From NCBI GenBank assembly GCA_963693055.1, contig OY843751.1:2720001-2784000 (forward strand): a stretch of 64,000 nt of DNA, written 5' to 3'. The notes under the pieces are model-generated. The model was not told the DNA's origin, did no database searches, and was given only the letters and a program-made list of their open reading frames with translations. The DNA comes from a bacterium. Its GTDB lineage: Bacteria > Zhuqueibacterota > Zhuqueibacteria > Residuimicrobiales > Krinioviventaceae. Below, one piece after another: positions 50,302 to 61,669 of the stretch (its first letter is position 1; each line of letters starts with the position of its first letter). The position numbers were made by a program, and so were the translations under genes.

Positions 50302-50565
50302 TTACGATTCTTTTGCAAAAGCAGATTTGACTGTTACATTTGGTATTTGACCTATCCTTCCGGTCATTGCACCAATTTCATCAGTACTACCTTCTACAAT
50401 AAGTGAGATAATTGAAAGATTTCGTTCACGATAAGGTAAACCCAGTCTACCTATTATAGTGGACGAGTAATCATGAAGTATTGTGTTGAGGGGTTGATAG
50501 GCAGTATTTTGATCATTTACAATGATCGCAATAACACCCAGTCTGCGGTTGTCTTGTGTTGGCAT
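50302..50565 (-). CDS. TM1266-family (iron-only hydrogenase system) regulator, NikR C-terminal/ACT-like
   Basis: RLGVIAIIV, N.ILHDY...IIGRLGLPY, ISLIVEG.TDEIGAMTGRIG...VTVKS; RBS GGAGG. Confidence 0.85.
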   Translation of the reverse strand: MPTQDNRRLGVIAIIVNDQNTAYQPLNTILHDYSSTIIGRLGLPYRERNLSIISLIVEGSTDEIGAMTGRIGQIPNVTVKSAFAKES

Positions 50566-50616
50566 TTTTCCTCCATGTCAGGAACAAGTCCCTTCATTTA
50601 AGATGAATGATTTATG

Positions 50617-50841
50617 TTAGAATGGTGAAACGGTTATCCGTTTTGCCATACCGCGTCCAATGGCGTATTCACTATTATCACTTGAAATAATAATAGGACC
50701 ACCCAAGGGACCGCTACGGACTACTGAAATTGTATCACCAATATTGATTCCCATATTGCGTAATCTTGATGAAAAATTTTTACCGCCTTGAATTTCCTTT
50801 ATTACAACTTTAGTGCCGGCATTAACCTGATCTAAGCTCAT
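50617..50841 (-). CDS. feoA: FeoA-family protein
   Basis: RLRNMGI..G..I.V....P..GPI......YAIGRGMA..I.V. Confidence 0.9.
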   Translation of the reverse strand: MSLDQVNAGTKVVIKEIQGGKNFSSRLRNMGINIGDTISVVRSGPLGGPIIISSDNSEYAIGRGMAKRITVSPF

Positions 50842-50871
50842 ATTTAACTACTTTATAATTTTGCAATAGTT

Positions 50872-50961
50872 AACTTACGAATTTTAAAGCTAATTTTCAA
50901 CTGTTTTTTAATCTGCTCAAAATGAATAAATCTTGACTATGTTGTATCGATTCTATATATT
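50872..50961. promoter_or_regulatory. Divergent sigma-70 promoters
   Basis: Minus strand TTGAAA-N17-TAAGTT (50900-50872); plus strand TTGACT-N17-TATATT (50933-50961). Confidence 0.55.
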
Positions 50962-50992
50962 CAAATGATTTAAATCAATCAAGGCAATATAT

Positions 50993-51622
50993 ATGAAAAA
51001 GATTGTTTACTTTTTGATGCTCATCATGCTAATAGGATGCAAGGTTTCTAACCTTGAAATCAAAAATGCTTTTTCAAAACATGAAATTTCAATCATGTTA
51101 TTACCGGATGAGCAATTGTTCCTTGCCAAAGATACATTGCAAATTGAATACCAGGGGAATACAAACGAACTTTATTTTTATTTAAATTCATTATTGACAG
51201 TTAAAAAAATTGAAATTGGTAAACAGATTATTGATTTTGAATTGGTTCATACACCAATTGAATTTGAATTACCAACCAAAGACTCTTTATTGTACAAGAT
51301 TAATTTGCCCACATCTCTTTTTCCAAATTCAATTAATATTTGGTACAAAGGTTCGTATCCAATAGTTAGGGAACAATTGGTATTTGGTAACATTCAAGAT
51401 AATACAATGCTGCTTGATGGTAGAAATTGTTGGTACCCGTTTACTCCGAATAATAAATCAGTTTTTACTGTTAAAGCATTAACAATGGATAGAGACAGCA
51501 CCATGACTTGTAATGCAAACCTTGTTTGCATGGAAAAAAATGATTTATGTCTCATGAGTTACTGGGAACAAACCGAGCCAATAAGCTATTTGGATTTTTA
51601 TTTACCCGGGAATGAACAATAA
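50993..51622 (+). CDS. Hypothetical lipoprotein resembling an M1 aminopeptidase N-terminal beta domain
   Basis: Lipobox LIGC; beta-rich with I.Y.G and WYP motifs; no HEXXH. Confidence 0.55.
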   Translation: MKKIVYFLMLIMLIGCKVSNLEIKNAFSKHEISIMLLPDEQLFLAKDTLQIEYQGNTNELYFYLNSLLTVKKIEIGKQIIDFELVHTPIEFELPTKDSLLYKINLPTSLFPNSINIWYKGSYPIVREQLVFGNIQDNTMLLDGRNCWYPFTPNNKSVFTVKALTMDRDSTMTCNANLVCMEKNDLCLMSYWEQTEPISYLDFYLPGNEQ

Positions 51623-51766
51623 AAAATGTATTCAAGAGATTTTAAAAATCTCATTATTTATTGCTACACCTATTTCATTCAAATAATACAATTTAAAAAT
51701 TACATATTCTGCACAACCAGTAAATTTTGAGTAGTTATTAATGACATGTAATCCTATCACAACAAA

Positions 51767-54700
51767 ATGAGGGCAAAATTGAAAAAACTATTTCTAGTAG
51801 TTATGATATTTTATAGTACCTGCTTATTTGGTTTGGATGTACAGGGTACCATAGAGTCAGATGTAACCTGGACTGCTGCTAATTCACCATATAATTTTAC
51901 CGGTGATGTATACGTTCAATCCTCCACACTGACAATAGATGAAAATGTTGTTGTTAATTTAAATGGTAACAATTTATATGTTACCTATAAATATATTGGT
52001 GATGGTGTTTATGAAACTTATCCTGGAAAATTAAATGCGACAAATGTAGAATTTAATAGTAGTGCTTCATCTCAATCTACTTTGATTTTTGATGGTCATA
52101 AATATGATGGAACAATTTACCATGCTGATGGAACCCTAACAAATTGTACATTTGTTAATGTAAAAATTGATATTCAAAAATATTCAAAACCTTCACTCAT
52201 TTCTTGTGCTTTGACGGGTGCAAACGCCACTGCTGCAATTACTGCTCAAAATGGAAGCTTTCCCACAATACAACAATGCACTATTTCCAATTACACTTTT
52301 CCCATGAGTATTATTTCAGGCAGCCAGCCGGTTTTGGTAAATAATAATTTTACGGGCTGTTTGAATGAAAAAATATTGCTTTCAGGGGATTTTACTCAAA
52401 GGTTATATATAAACCAGGAATATATAGAGTTGAGTGATAATTATACGCTGCCCAATAATGGATACACCTATGTACTGTTGGACGATATTAATATTAAAGG
52501 TGTAAAATTTACAATTGCTTCCGGTAATGTTTTAGAACTGGATGGTAATTCAATTTTTGTAAATTATATCTTGTATTCACAGGAAAACGAGTTGTTTACC
52601 AGCCAGCTTTTAGCAGATGATGTTTCATTTGTTGGGGATGGTGATCTTTTATCTACCATAGAGTTTGAAGGATACCGGCTCGACGATATTAACTACTGGA
52701 CCTATGGAACATTGAACAACTGTGATTTTGATAAAGTACAGATCAAAAGTTCCTGGTATTCCAGTCCCAATATCACAAATTCAACGTTTGTGTCTAACCT
52801 TGATGGCGTTGCAATCTCTTGTGAGCATGGAGGACAACCGGTAATTCTAGGCAATTCCTTTTCAAGTTATTTATATCCCATTGGTGTTTACTCTCATGGC
52901 AATCCAACCATTCAAACCGGCAATACATTTGACTGTATAAATAATTCCATTGCTGTATCAGGTGATTTTAAACCTGTTTATAGTTATAAAAACAACACCC
53001 ATGCGTTCCCAAGTGTTTATACTTTTACCAATTATGATATTCCGTATCAATTAGATGGGGATTTAAATTTATCAGGTAAAAATATATCAATCCCGACGAG
53101 TACAGAATTTAATCTCAATAGCCATAATTTAAATATTCTACCTTTTATTGGTGATGTTGACTATGCTGGAGCTGTAGATATCAACAAAAGTGCATTTACC
53201 AATTTAAATGCATTGGGTACTATTAATATTTATGGTGTTGTAGATAGTGATAATCCTGTTATGGTTAATGTGGATATTGACAGCAGCAGTTTTGAGAATA
53301 TCAGCTTTCATTGTTACCATACTTCTGAACCCCGATTTACAAATAACAGTTTTGATTCTGAATTTTATGGATCTGCCATAGTTACACACTATGGCAGTAG
53401 CCCTGTGATTGATAACAATACCTTTAATGGTTATGATCTTGCATTTGGTATTGAAGGATTTGGTACTCCGGAATTATCCAACAATGATATTGATAATTGC
53501 CAATACCAGGGAATGGGTATATCTGGTGAATTTAAACAACAGTATTATGATTATGATCTCAATACATATTATATCATGTCTGATTCGTTTTACGTGGAAT
53601 CTTTTGGTTATCCCTATTATTTATCAAATGATATGACCGTAAAAGGTTGTACCGTGACATTTGCCCCCGGATTGCAAGTTAATTTAAATGGAAACAATAT
53701 TATAATCAACTATGATTATCTGGATGCATCAACATGTGTTTCTGGGATTTTGTATGCAAATCAGGTGAAATTTGCAAATACTGACGAACAGTTTTCATCC
53801 ATTGAATTGGATGGTACAGAGTATTTGGGTGTGGGGTATTATTCTCAATGTTATATTGAGGAATGTACACTTGAAAATATCAATTTCAATGTACAAAGCT
53901 ATGCGGAACCCCATATTATAAATAACACATTACATGCAAATTCGGGCACTGCTGCAACTTTGAAATTTGGTTCCGGTATTACTCTGCAAAACAATATTAT
54001 CTATGGTTTTGAAAACGGAGTTACAATAGCCAATGAATGTGATCCTTTAATTGAATACAATGATTTTATTGAATTCTCTGGACTTGCGATTAATAATACA
54101 TCCAATTCAGCTATTGATGCTTTTAACAATTATTGGGGGGATCCCAGTGGGCCATCTCACAGCTCGAATCCGGAGGGAGCAGGAGTAAGCATTTCAGATA
54201 ACGTCAATTTTGACCCTTATTCTAACCGCGCAATCAATACATTGCTGCCTGCTGTAGTGATCAATGAAATCATGTACAATCCTGTTGAATCACCCCGCGA
54301 TTCGACTCAATTCATTGAACTTTATAATAGCGATACGGTTGCTGTAGATCTGCAAGGATGGACCATAACCAATTCTGTTGAATTTGAATTTACAGAAGAA
54401 ACAATTATTGAACCCAATGGATATTTGGTAATTGCTGATCATCCACAATCTATTCAAGATTTTTACGGACCGGTAGATAATATACATCGATGGGAATCTG
54501 CAAGCTTTGCAGATAATCAAGGTACAATAACCATATACAATGCTGATGGATTTCTGGTTGATCATGTCTTTTTTGATGCTGCGGATCTGTGGCCTGCAAA
54601 GGCGAACGGTTTGGGACCATCAATGGAACTTGAAGATTATAATATAGATAATAATAGTGCATCAAACTGGTCAGCATCAAATGAAATATTCAATCCATAT

Positions 54701-56113
54701 GGAACACCCGGCAAGTTGAATTCTGCTTGTACAGTTCAAAACCATCCACCTCAAATATTTTCAACTCCTGACACAAGCGCTTATAATGGACATTTATATA
54801 CCTATCAAATTGACGCAAGGGATATTGAGAATGATACGCTTTACTACGAGTTGGTCACAAATGGGGATTTCCTGGAAATTGATCCTGAAACTGGTTTCCT
54901 TTCAGGCACTCCCCAAGATTTACCCTATGGACGTATCACCAATGTTACCATTCGTGTAAGTGATGATTCATCAACATGGGTTGAACAATATATTCCGCTA
55001 ACAATAGATATATATACGACCAATATGGTAGTTAACGAGTTGTATATGCGAACGGATGACCTGACTAGTTACTATTTTATTGAATTGTATAATAACGATT
55101 CGAGAGGGTGCAATTTAAAGAATTGGCAATTAACTTCAAAAGGCACATTTATTATTGATTATTCATTTACCCTAAATCCTGGTGAATTCGTGACAATATC
55201 CAACGATACATCTGCCGTGCGGAGCATTTATCACAACATTGATCATATGGTGCAACTGGATGAAAGTTTTGAACTAGATAGCACCCTGGTTCTTAAAAAT
55301 GATAAAGGTCATTTGACAGATAGCATTCATGTCGATTATCTTATCAACAGTTTCCCCGATGCCGACGTTAATCTTTCACTTGAACTGGCTAACCCAAGCC
55401 TCGATAATTCAATAAAGTATGGGTGGACAGCAAATCAGATATTATTAGGTACTCCGGGATTTGTTAATACTGTCTATCAGGATACAACCAATTATCCACC
55501 ATTCACACCAGGGATTATTAAAGCAACAGAAGATACAGTTGATTTTAACAACTCTGTGACTTTAAAATGGAACAAGGCAGTAGATCTTGATAATGATGAT
55601 GTAGAATATACCATTTGGTTTGCAAGTTTTGGATCTTTATCAAGAGATACATTAATAACCGGTATTACCGATACTAGTTATACGCTTTTACTTGATGATG
55701 GTGTAACCAACGAACAATCAGGGATTCAGTGGAGCTTAAAAACATCGGATTCCATCTATGAAATCCAATATCCTGATACCGTGCACTTTTTTGTCGATTT
55801 TGCAACGGGTATAGACAAAGATGAAACCGTTCCATTGACATTTGATCTGTTACAAAATTATCCAAATCCATTTAATCCTGTAACTACAATTCAGTATAAT
55901 CTTGCTAAAAATACAAATGTGAATTTAACAATCTATAATATTCAGGGACAAATTGTAAAAACGCTTATAGATAACACTCAGGCTGCAGGTACATACCAGA
56001 TTAACTGGGATGCTACCAATCAATTTGGTTCCAAAGTATCAAGTGGACTATATTTTTATAAATTGACAACAAGTTCTTTTACAAAAACTAAAAAAATGAT
56101 TGTATTGGATTAA
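51767..56113 (+). CDS. Large secreted protein: beta-helix repeats, two lamin-tail domains, Ig-like domains, FlgD-Ig/T9SS-like C-terminus
   Basis: WTAANSPY start, [30 protein letters not shown] twice, [25 protein letters not shown]; start may be TTG 51779. Confidence 0.85.
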   Translation: MRAKLKKLFLVVMIFYSTCLFGLDVQGTIESDVTWTAANSPYNFTGDVYVQSSTLTIDENVVVNLNGNNLYVTYKYIGDGVYETYPGKLNATNVEFNSSASSQSTLIFDGHKYDGTIYHADGTLTNCTFVNVKIDIQKYSKPSLISCALTGANATAAITAQNGSFPTIQQCTISNYTFPMSIISGSQPVLVNNNFTGCLNEKILLSGDFTQRLYINQEYIELSDNYTLPNNGYTYVLLDDINIKGVKFTIASGNVLELDGNSIFVNYILYSQENELFTSQLLADDVSFVGDGDLLSTIEFEGYRLDDINYWTYGTLNNCDFDKVQIKSSWYSSPNITNSTFVSNLDGVAISCEHGGQPVILGNSFSSYLYPIGVYSHGNPTIQTGNTFDCINNSIAVSGDFKPVYSYKNNTHAFPSVYTFTNYDIPYQLDGDLNLSGKNISIPTSTEFNLNSHNLNILPFIGDVDYAGAVDINKSAFTNLNALGTINIYGVVDSDNPVMVNVDIDSSSFENISFHCYHTSEPRFTNNSFDSEFYGSAIVTHYGSSPVIDNNTFNGYDLAFGIEGFGTPELSNNDIDNCQYQGMGISGEFKQQYYDYDLNTYYIMSDSFYVESFGYPYYLSNDMTVKGCTVTFAPGLQVNLNGNNIIINYDYLDASTCVSGILYANQVKFANTDEQFSSIELDGTEYLGVGYYSQCYIEECTLENINFNVQSYAEPHIINNTLHANSGTAATLKFGSGITLQNNIIYGFENGVTIANECDPLIEYNDFIEFSGLAINNTSNSAIDAFNNYWGDPSGPSHSSNPEGAGVSISDNVNFDPYSNRAINTLLPAVVINEIMYNPVESPRDSTQFIELYNSDTVAVDLQGWTITNSVEFEFTEETIIEPNGYLVIADHPQSIQDFYGPVDNIHRWESASFADNQGTITIYNADGFLVDHVFFDAADLWPAKANGLGPSMELEDYNIDNNSASNWSASNEIFNPYGTPGKLNSACTVQNHPPQIFSTPDTSAYNGHLYTYQIDARDIENDTLYYELVTNGDFLEIDPETGFLSGTPQDLPYGRITNVTIRVSDDSSTWVEQYIPLTIDIYTTNMVVNELYMRTDDLTSYYFIELYNNDSRGCNLKNWQLTSKGTFIIDYSFTLNPGEFVTISNDTSAVRSIYHNIDHMVQLDESFELDSTLVLKNDKGHLTDSIHVDYLINSFPDADVNLSLELANPSLDNSIKYGWTANQILLGTPGFVNTVYQDTTNYPPFTPGIIKATEDTVDFNNSVTLKWNKAVDLDNDDVEYTIWFASFGSLSRDTLITGITDTSYTLLLDDGVTNEQSGIQWSLKTSDSIYEIQYPDTVHFFVDFATGIDKDETVPLTFDLLQNYPNPFNPVTTIQYNLAKNTNVNLTIYNIQGQIVKTLIDNTQAAGTYQINWDATNQFGSKVSSGLYFYKLTTSSFTKTKKMIVLD

Positions 56114-56133
56114 AGAAGGATGGGCGTGTATCC

Positions 56134-57162
56134 ATGGAAACCATGAAAGCACTTGTCAAAAAGCACCGAAAACCAGGATTATGGCTTGAAGAGGTTCCCA
56201 AACCAACAATTGGGAATACCGATTTACTGGTCAAGATCACTAAAACAGCAATTTGTGGTACAGATGTTCACATTTACAAATGGGATGAATGGTCGCAAAA
56301 AACCATAAAAACTCCCATGACCATAGGACATGAATTTGTTGGCGTTGTGGTTGAAAAGGGGGAGAATGTTACAAGATACAATATTGGGGATCGTGTGTCT
56401 GGTGAAGGACATATTGTGTGTGGCGTTTGCAGAAGCTGTAGAGCCGGACGTTTGCATTTGTGTACCAATACCATTGGTATTGGTGTGAACCGTAACGGAT
56501 GTTTTGCAGAATATCTAAGCCTTCCGGCATCAAATGCATGGAAGCTCAGCCAAAATATACCTGATGATACGGCCGCATATTTTGATCCTTATGGTAATGC
56601 TACACATTCAGCTTTATCATTTGATCTTGTTGGTGAAGATGTGCTCATAACCGGTGCGGGCCCCATAGGATTGATCAGTTGTGCAATTGCACGACACGTA
56701 GGCGCACGAAATATCGTTATTACTGATGTAAACGAATATCGTCTTGATCTTGCCAGAAAAATGGGAGCAACTTGTGCGGTAAATGTCGCAAAATCATCCA
56801 TAGAACAATGTCGTAAAGAATTAGGAATGATTGGCTTTGATATTGGCCTGGAAATGTCTGGTAATCCCGTTGCATTTGAATCTATGCTTGAGAACATGTA
56901 TCATGGTGGTAGAATTGCATTGCTGGGCATCTTGCCAGGCAGGGCATTGATTGATTGGGAGCAGATCATCTTTAAAGGATTGACCATTAAAGGTATTTAT
57001 GGGCGTGAAATGTTTGAAACCTGGTACAAGATGGAAACCATGCTGCAGAGTGGTCTGGATATTTCACCGGTATTAACACACCGTTTTCCATTTGAAGAAT
57101 TTGAATCTGGTTTTCAAGTAATGCTTTCAGGTAATTCCGGTAAAGTAGTACTTGAGCTATAA
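56134..57162 (+). CDS. tdh: L-threonine 3-dehydrogenase
   Basis: [49 protein letters not shown]. Confidence 0.97.
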   Translation: METMKALVKKHRKPGLWLEEVPKPTIGNTDLLVKITKTAICGTDVHIYKWDEWSQKTIKTPMTIGHEFVGVVVEKGENVTRYNIGDRVSGEGHIVCGVCRSCRAGRLHLCTNTIGIGVNRNGCFAEYLSLPASNAWKLSQNIPDDTAAYFDPYGNATHSALSFDLVGEDVLITGAGPIGLISCAIARHVGARNIVITDVNEYRLDLARKMGATCAVNVAKSSIEQCRKELGMIGFDIGLEMSGNPVAFESMLENMYHGGRIALLGILPGRALIDWEQIIFKGLTIKGIYGREMFETWYKMETMLQSGLDISPVLTHRFPFEEFESGFQVMLSGNSGKVVLEL

Positions 57163-57211
57163 AAGTCATTTGAATGTTTTACAGTAAATTATAAAGCGAG
57201 TTGGAGGCGCC

Positions 57212-58396
57212 ATGTACGGGGCTATCAAAGATGATTTACAGAAGCAATTGAACGAAATCAAAAATGCTGGATTGTATAAAAGTGAGCGCTTGATTACAAG
57301 CAAACAAGGTGCAGAAATTCAGGTTAAATCCGGAGCGGTTATCAATTTCTGTGCGAACAATTATTTAGGTTTGTCCGGTCATCCGCAAGTCATAAAGGCC
57401 GCTCAGAAAACAATGGATGAATGGGGATATGGTCTTTCATCTGTTCGTTTTATTTGTGGAACCCAGGATATTCATAAAGAATTGGAGGCAAAAGTATCTG
57501 AATTTTTAAAAACAGACGATACTATACTCTATGCTGCCTGTTTTGATGCTAATGGTGGGGTATTTGAACCCCTTTTTAACCAGGACTGTGCTATCATTAC
57601 AGATGCATTAAACCATGCTTCAATTATTGATGGAATCCGTTTAACCAAAGCCCAAAGACTTATATATAAGCATAATGACATGCAGGCTCTGGAAGAGAAA
57701 TTAAAAGCTACTCAGGATTCTAAATATCGGATTATTGCCACAGATGGGGTTTTTTCAATGGATGGAGATATTGCTCCTTTAAAAGAAATTTGTGATCTAG
57801 CCGACCGATATGATGCGTTAGTTATGGTAGACGATTGCCATGCTACTGGTTTTATGGGCAAAACCGGTAGAGGTATTACAGAGCATTGTGATGTTATGGG
57901 ACGAGTTGATATCATTACAACAACATTTGGTAAAGCTTTGGGTGGAGCATCCGGTGGATGTGTATCCGGCAGAAAAGAAATAATCGAATTTTTACGCCAG
58001 AAAAGCCGCCCTTATTTGTTCTCAAATACACTTGCGCCGGCAATTGTAGGAGCTACACTGCAAGTATTAGAAATGTTGACAGCAAGTACAGAGTTGCGAG
58101 ATAAACTGGAAGCTAACACCAAATATGTTCGTGATAAATTCTCAAGCCTGGGATTCGATATCAAGCCCGGCACACATCCCATTATTGCTGTAATGCTTTA
58201 TGATGAGAAAACAGCACATCAACTTGCTGATGCATTACTGGATGAAGGCATATATGTCATTGGCTTCAGTTATCCGGTTGTTCCAAAAGGACAAGCGCGC
58301 ATAAGAGTACAGATATCTGCAGCTCATGATAAAGAACACTTGGACAAGCTGGTTAATGCATTTGAAAAAGTTGGTAAATCCATGGGAGTTATATAA
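57212..58396 (+). CDS. kbl: Glycine C-acetyltransferase (2-amino-3-ketobutyrate CoA ligase)
   Basis: [55 protein letters not shown]. Confidence 0.97.
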   Translation: MYGAIKDDLQKQLNEIKNAGLYKSERLITSKQGAEIQVKSGAVINFCANNYLGLSGHPQVIKAAQKTMDEWGYGLSSVRFICGTQDIHKELEAKVSEFLKTDDTILYAACFDANGGVFEPLFNQDCAIITDALNHASIIDGIRLTKAQRLIYKHNDMQALEEKLKATQDSKYRIIATDGVFSMDGDIAPLKEICDLADRYDALVMVDDCHATGFMGKTGRGITEHCDVMGRVDIITTTFGKALGGASGGCVSGRKEIIEFLRQKSRPYLFSNTLAPAIVGATLQVLEMLTASTELRDKLEANTKYVRDKFSSLGFDIKPGTHPIIAVMLYDEKTAHQLADALLDEGIYVIGFSYPVVPKGQARIRVQISAAHDKEHLDKLVNAFEKVGKSMGVI

Positions 58397-58404
58397 TTTA
58401 AAAT

Positions 58405-58437
58405 GCCCGGAATATATACAGTTCCGGGCTTATTTTT
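58405..58437 (+). terminator. Rho-independent terminator
   Basis: GCCCGGAA-N9-TTCCGGGC-TTATTTTT. Confidence 0.75.
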
Positions 58438-58474
58438 ACTTTAATTCCAGCAAAAATATTCTTACATTCATTCC

Positions 58475-59536
58475 ATGAAAAATAAAAAACAAACAAAATC
58501 AGTTATGGTTGGCAATGTACAAATTGGTGGCGGTGCCCCTGTATCTGTACAATCCATGACCAATACAAAAACCAAAAATGTAAAAAAAACCCTAAAGCAA
58601 ATTCAATTGCTTGAAAGCGCAGGTTGCCAGATTGTTCGCTTGGCAGTAAATAATCAAAAAGCGCTTGAAGGTTTTGCCGAAATCCGTAAAAAAGTATCTA
58701 TTCCTCTGGTGGCGGATATTCATTTCGATCACAAATTGGCTCTTGGCGCAATGGATGCGGGAGCAGACAAGATCCGTATCAATCCCGGAAATATTGGCAA
58801 AGAAGAGCGGGTTAAAAAAGTTGTACAAAAAGCAATCGATTGCAATATACCTATCCGTGTAGGCGTAAATTCCGGGTCCATTTCCAAAATAATACTAAAG
58901 GAGGAGGGAGGCCCAACCGTTAATGCCTTGGTACGGAGCGGACTAGAGCACCTCGATCTTTGTCGTGAATTTGGAGCTGAACAACTTGTTTTGTCCTTAA
59001 AGTCTTCTGATGTTATAAAAACGATTGAGGCATATCGCCTTGCTGCAGAAAAAACGGATGTACCTCTGCATATAGGAATTACTGAAGCAGGTACCCTGAA
59101 ATCCGGTACCATCAAATCCGCTGTAGGTCTCGGTATTCTTTTGTATGAAGGCATTGGTGATACTCTTCGCGTATCCCTCACAGGTGATCCTGTTGATGAA
59201 GTGTATACAGGATTTGAAATTTTAAAGAGCTTGGGACTCTATGAAAAAGGGATTGAGATTATTTCTTGTCCCACTTGTGGTCGTACAGAAGTAGATTTGA
59301 TCTCTATTGTAAACGATGTAGAAACACGTCTAGCAAATGTACCAAAACATCTTACGGTTGCTATTATGGGATGTGTTGTAAACGGTCCCGGAGAAGCCAA
59401 AGAAGCGGATGTAGGTGTTGCTTGTGGAAAGAAAAGTGCAGTGCTCTTTAAAAAAGGCAAGATTATTAAAAAAATTAAAGAATCAGAAATTATTGATACT
59501 CTGGTGGATCAAGTACAAAACTGGCCGGATCAATAA
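58475..59536 (+). CDS. ispG: HMBPP synthase (MEP pathway)
   Basis: VQSMT, ADIHF, RINPGNIG, RVGVNSGS, HIGITEAG, SCPTCGR, MGCVVNGPGE. Confidence 0.97.
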   Translation: MKNKKQTKSVMVGNVQIGGGAPVSVQSMTNTKTKNVKKTLKQIQLLESAGCQIVRLAVNNQKALEGFAEIRKKVSIPLVADIHFDHKLALGAMDAGADKIRINPGNIGKEERVKKVVQKAIDCNIPIRVGVNSGSISKIILKEEGGPTVNALVRSGLEHLDLCREFGAEQLVLSLKSSDVIKTIEAYRLAAEKTDVPLHIGITEAGTLKSGTIKSAVGLGILLYEGIGDTLRVSLTGDPVDEVYTGFEILKSLGLYEKGIEIISCPTCGRTEVDLISIVNDVETRLANVPKHLTVAIMGCVVNGPGEAKEADVGVACGKKSAVLFKKGKIIKKIKESEIIDTLVDQVQNWPDQ

Positions 59537-59608
59537 ATTATATTTTTCTATTCATTATTTGAAAAATTTTTTAGTATATTTCCACACACAATTTGGAGGT
59601 TGTTAAGA

Positions 59609-60163
59609 ATGAAAAGACGGATTGTTACAGAAATTATATTAATACTTGTTCTCGTTTCCTTTTCTGTATTGGCACAGGGCAATGCACCAAACATAAACCT
59701 TACAAAGTTTAAATATGTTAATGTAGATACCGAAAACCTGAGAATGGGGCCCAACGACAAAGTCATTGGTACAGCCCTTAAAGGTACAACGGTTCAGGTT
59801 ATTCAGGAAACTGATGAATGGGCACTTGTGCAAATGGTTGCCTGGATATGGAAAGGATCCTTGACTAATGTCAAGCCTGATGTTTTAAAAGGCGAGTACC
59901 ATGCCTTGCATATAATGGTTTCTTCACGAGATCAGGCTGAATCCATTTTACGTGATTTAAAGAATGGTAAAAAAGAGTTCAGTGCCGCAGCCAAAGAATA
60001 TTCCATTGCACCCAGCGCACCAAAAGGCGGCGATCTCGGTTATTTCAACAAGGGTGATTTTTCCAAAGAATTTGAAGACGCAATATTGAAACTCAAAACG
60101 GATGAAATAAGCGAGGTTGTGCAAACACCGCTGGGATTCAATATTTTTAAACGCATTAAATAA
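59609..60163 (+). CDS. Exported SH3b plus parvulin-type peptidyl-prolyl isomerase
   Basis: RBS GGAGG; signal peptide; NLRMGP..W..V...W SH3b; HIMV, AKEYS, GGDLGYF, EFEDA, TPLGF. Confidence 0.85.
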   Translation: MKRRIVTEIILILVLVSFSVLAQGNAPNINLTKFKYVNVDTENLRMGPNDKVIGTALKGTTVQVIQETDEWALVQMVAWIWKGSLTNVKPDVLKGEYHALHIMVSSRDQAESILRDLKNGKKEFSAAAKEYSIAPSAPKGGDLGYFNKGDFSKEFEDAILKLKTDEISEVVQTPLGFNIFKRIK

Positions 60164-60166
60164 TCT

Positions 60167-60862
60167 ATGGAACGAATTTTAAAATCAGAAATGAACTGTT
60201 TAATTGTTTTGCCCGTCTACAATGAAGCGGATTATATTTCATCTCTGGTTAAATCGATTTTGTCATATCAAAATCATATAGATATACTTGTTGTCAATGA
60301 TGGGTCAACAGATGAAACGGAACTGGTGATTGACAAACTGCCTGTCAAGGTCATACATCATGACCAGAATAAAGGTAAAGGTGCGGCAATCCGCACAGCT
60401 ATTCAATATGGTAAACAATACGGATATGACTGGATCATTACCATGGATGGAGATGGCCAGCATCCTCCTGAATATTTGAATGACTTTCTTGAGGAAATAG
60501 CTCTGGACAGAGCTGATCTTGTTTTAGGAAATCGTCAATCCCGAGAACAGGGTATGCCATTTCACAGACGCTTGAGTAACGGTACTACATCTGTCATGGT
60601 ATCCTTGTGTGCCGGTAACAACAGAATTCATGACAGCCAGTGTGGATACCGGGCATTACGGTTAAATAAATTCCATGATTCAAATTATACCCAAACGGGA
60701 TTTCAATTTGAATCTGAAATGATTTTGAGAATGGGTAAATCCCGGTGTAGAATTAAAGAAATACCAGTTAGTACCCATTATGGAAATGAATCAAGCTCTA
60801 TACACCTGGTGTATGATACATTAAGATTTATTAAACTGATTATTAACAGTTTTTTATGGTAA
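60167..60862 (+). CDS. Glycosyltransferase family 2 (DPM-synthase-like)
   Basis: PVYNE, VNDGSTD, NKGKGAA, MDGDGQH, DSQCGYR, FESE. Confidence 0.92.
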   Translation: MERILKSEMNCLIVLPVYNEADYISSLVKSILSYQNHIDILVVNDGSTDETELVIDKLPVKVIHHDQNKGKGAAIRTAIQYGKQYGYDWIITMDGDGQHPPEYLNDFLEEIALDRADLVLGNRQSREQGMPFHRRLSNGTTSVMVSLCAGNNRIHDSQCGYRALRLNKFHDSNYTQTGFQFESEMILRMGKSRCRIKEIPVSTHYGNESSSIHLVYDTLRFIKLIINSFLW

Positions 60863-60871
60863 AGGAAAATT

Positions 60872-61369
60872 ATGCAGGAACAGATTATACATTATTTATC
60901 ATCGTTACCCAACGAATTGATTACTGTCATTATATCCATGCTGCCTATTGTCGAGTTGCGTGGAGCAATTCCCTGGGCATTAGCGGGTCCACCCATTGGT
61001 GGAGGAATGCCGATTTATTCCGCTGTGTTTTTCGCAATTATTGGCAATTTGATACCGGTAATACCCTTGCTGTTGTTTTTTGAAAAAATCTACAAATGGT
61101 TATCACCTGTACCAATATTTAACCGATTCTTTGAATGGCTGTTCAAGCGTACCCGTAAAAAAGGCGAACTGATTGAAAAGTACGAGTTTTGGGGACTTGT
61201 TGTTTTTGTGGGAATTCCCTTGCCGGTAACAGGGGCCTGGACAGGTACACTGGCTGCTTTTTTATTTGGAATAAAATTGTGGAAATCTTTTCTAGCCATA
61301 ATTTTGGGCTTGCTTATGTCTTCCACAATTGTTACCTTATTAAGCTTGGGAGTTATTAGCTTATTTTAA
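60872..61369 (+). CDS. COG2426 small multi-drug export family membrane protein
   Basis: SMLPIVELRGAIP, FVGIPLPVTGAWTG. Confidence 0.88.
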   Translation: MQEQIIHYLSSLPNELITVIISMLPIVELRGAIPWALAGPPIGGGMPIYSAVFFAIIGNLIPVIPLLLFFEKIYKWLSPVPIFNRFFEWLFKRTRKKGELIEKYEFWGLVVFVGIPLPVTGAWTGTLAAFLFGIKLWKSFLAIILGLLMSSTIVTLLSLGVISLF

Positions 61370-61376
61370 AAAAGAT

Positions 61377-61451
61377 CGGGGCGTAGCGCAGTCCGGTTAG
61401 CGCGCCTGCTTCGGGAGTAGGAGGTCGGAAGTTCGAATCTTCTCGCCCCGA
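61377..61451 (+). tRNA. tRNA-Pro(CGG), CCA not encoded
   Basis: Acceptor CGGGGCG/CGCCCCG, D-stem GCGC, anticodon arm CCTGC-TTCGGGA-GTAGG, TTCGAAT loop. Confidence 0.96.
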
Positions 61452-61455
61452 CTTT

Positions 61456-61488
61456 AAGCCTTTATCCAATAATGGATATAGGCTTTTT
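61456..61488 (+). terminator. Terminator after the tRNA
   Basis: AAGCCTTTATCCA-ATAA-TGGATATAGGCTTTTT. Confidence 0.75.
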
Positions 61489-61669
61489 ATAATTTATAAT
61501 CACAAAACACTTAAAAATGATAATATCAAACTTAATTGATAAAGTTGTTAATATCTTGAAACTCATTTTTTTTATTTAAATATAAAAAATCCCATTTTAG
61601 AAATGAATCCATTAAATTTAATTTGATGTGAAATTTTTAAATAATAAACAATCCAAAAGGGGGGAATTG

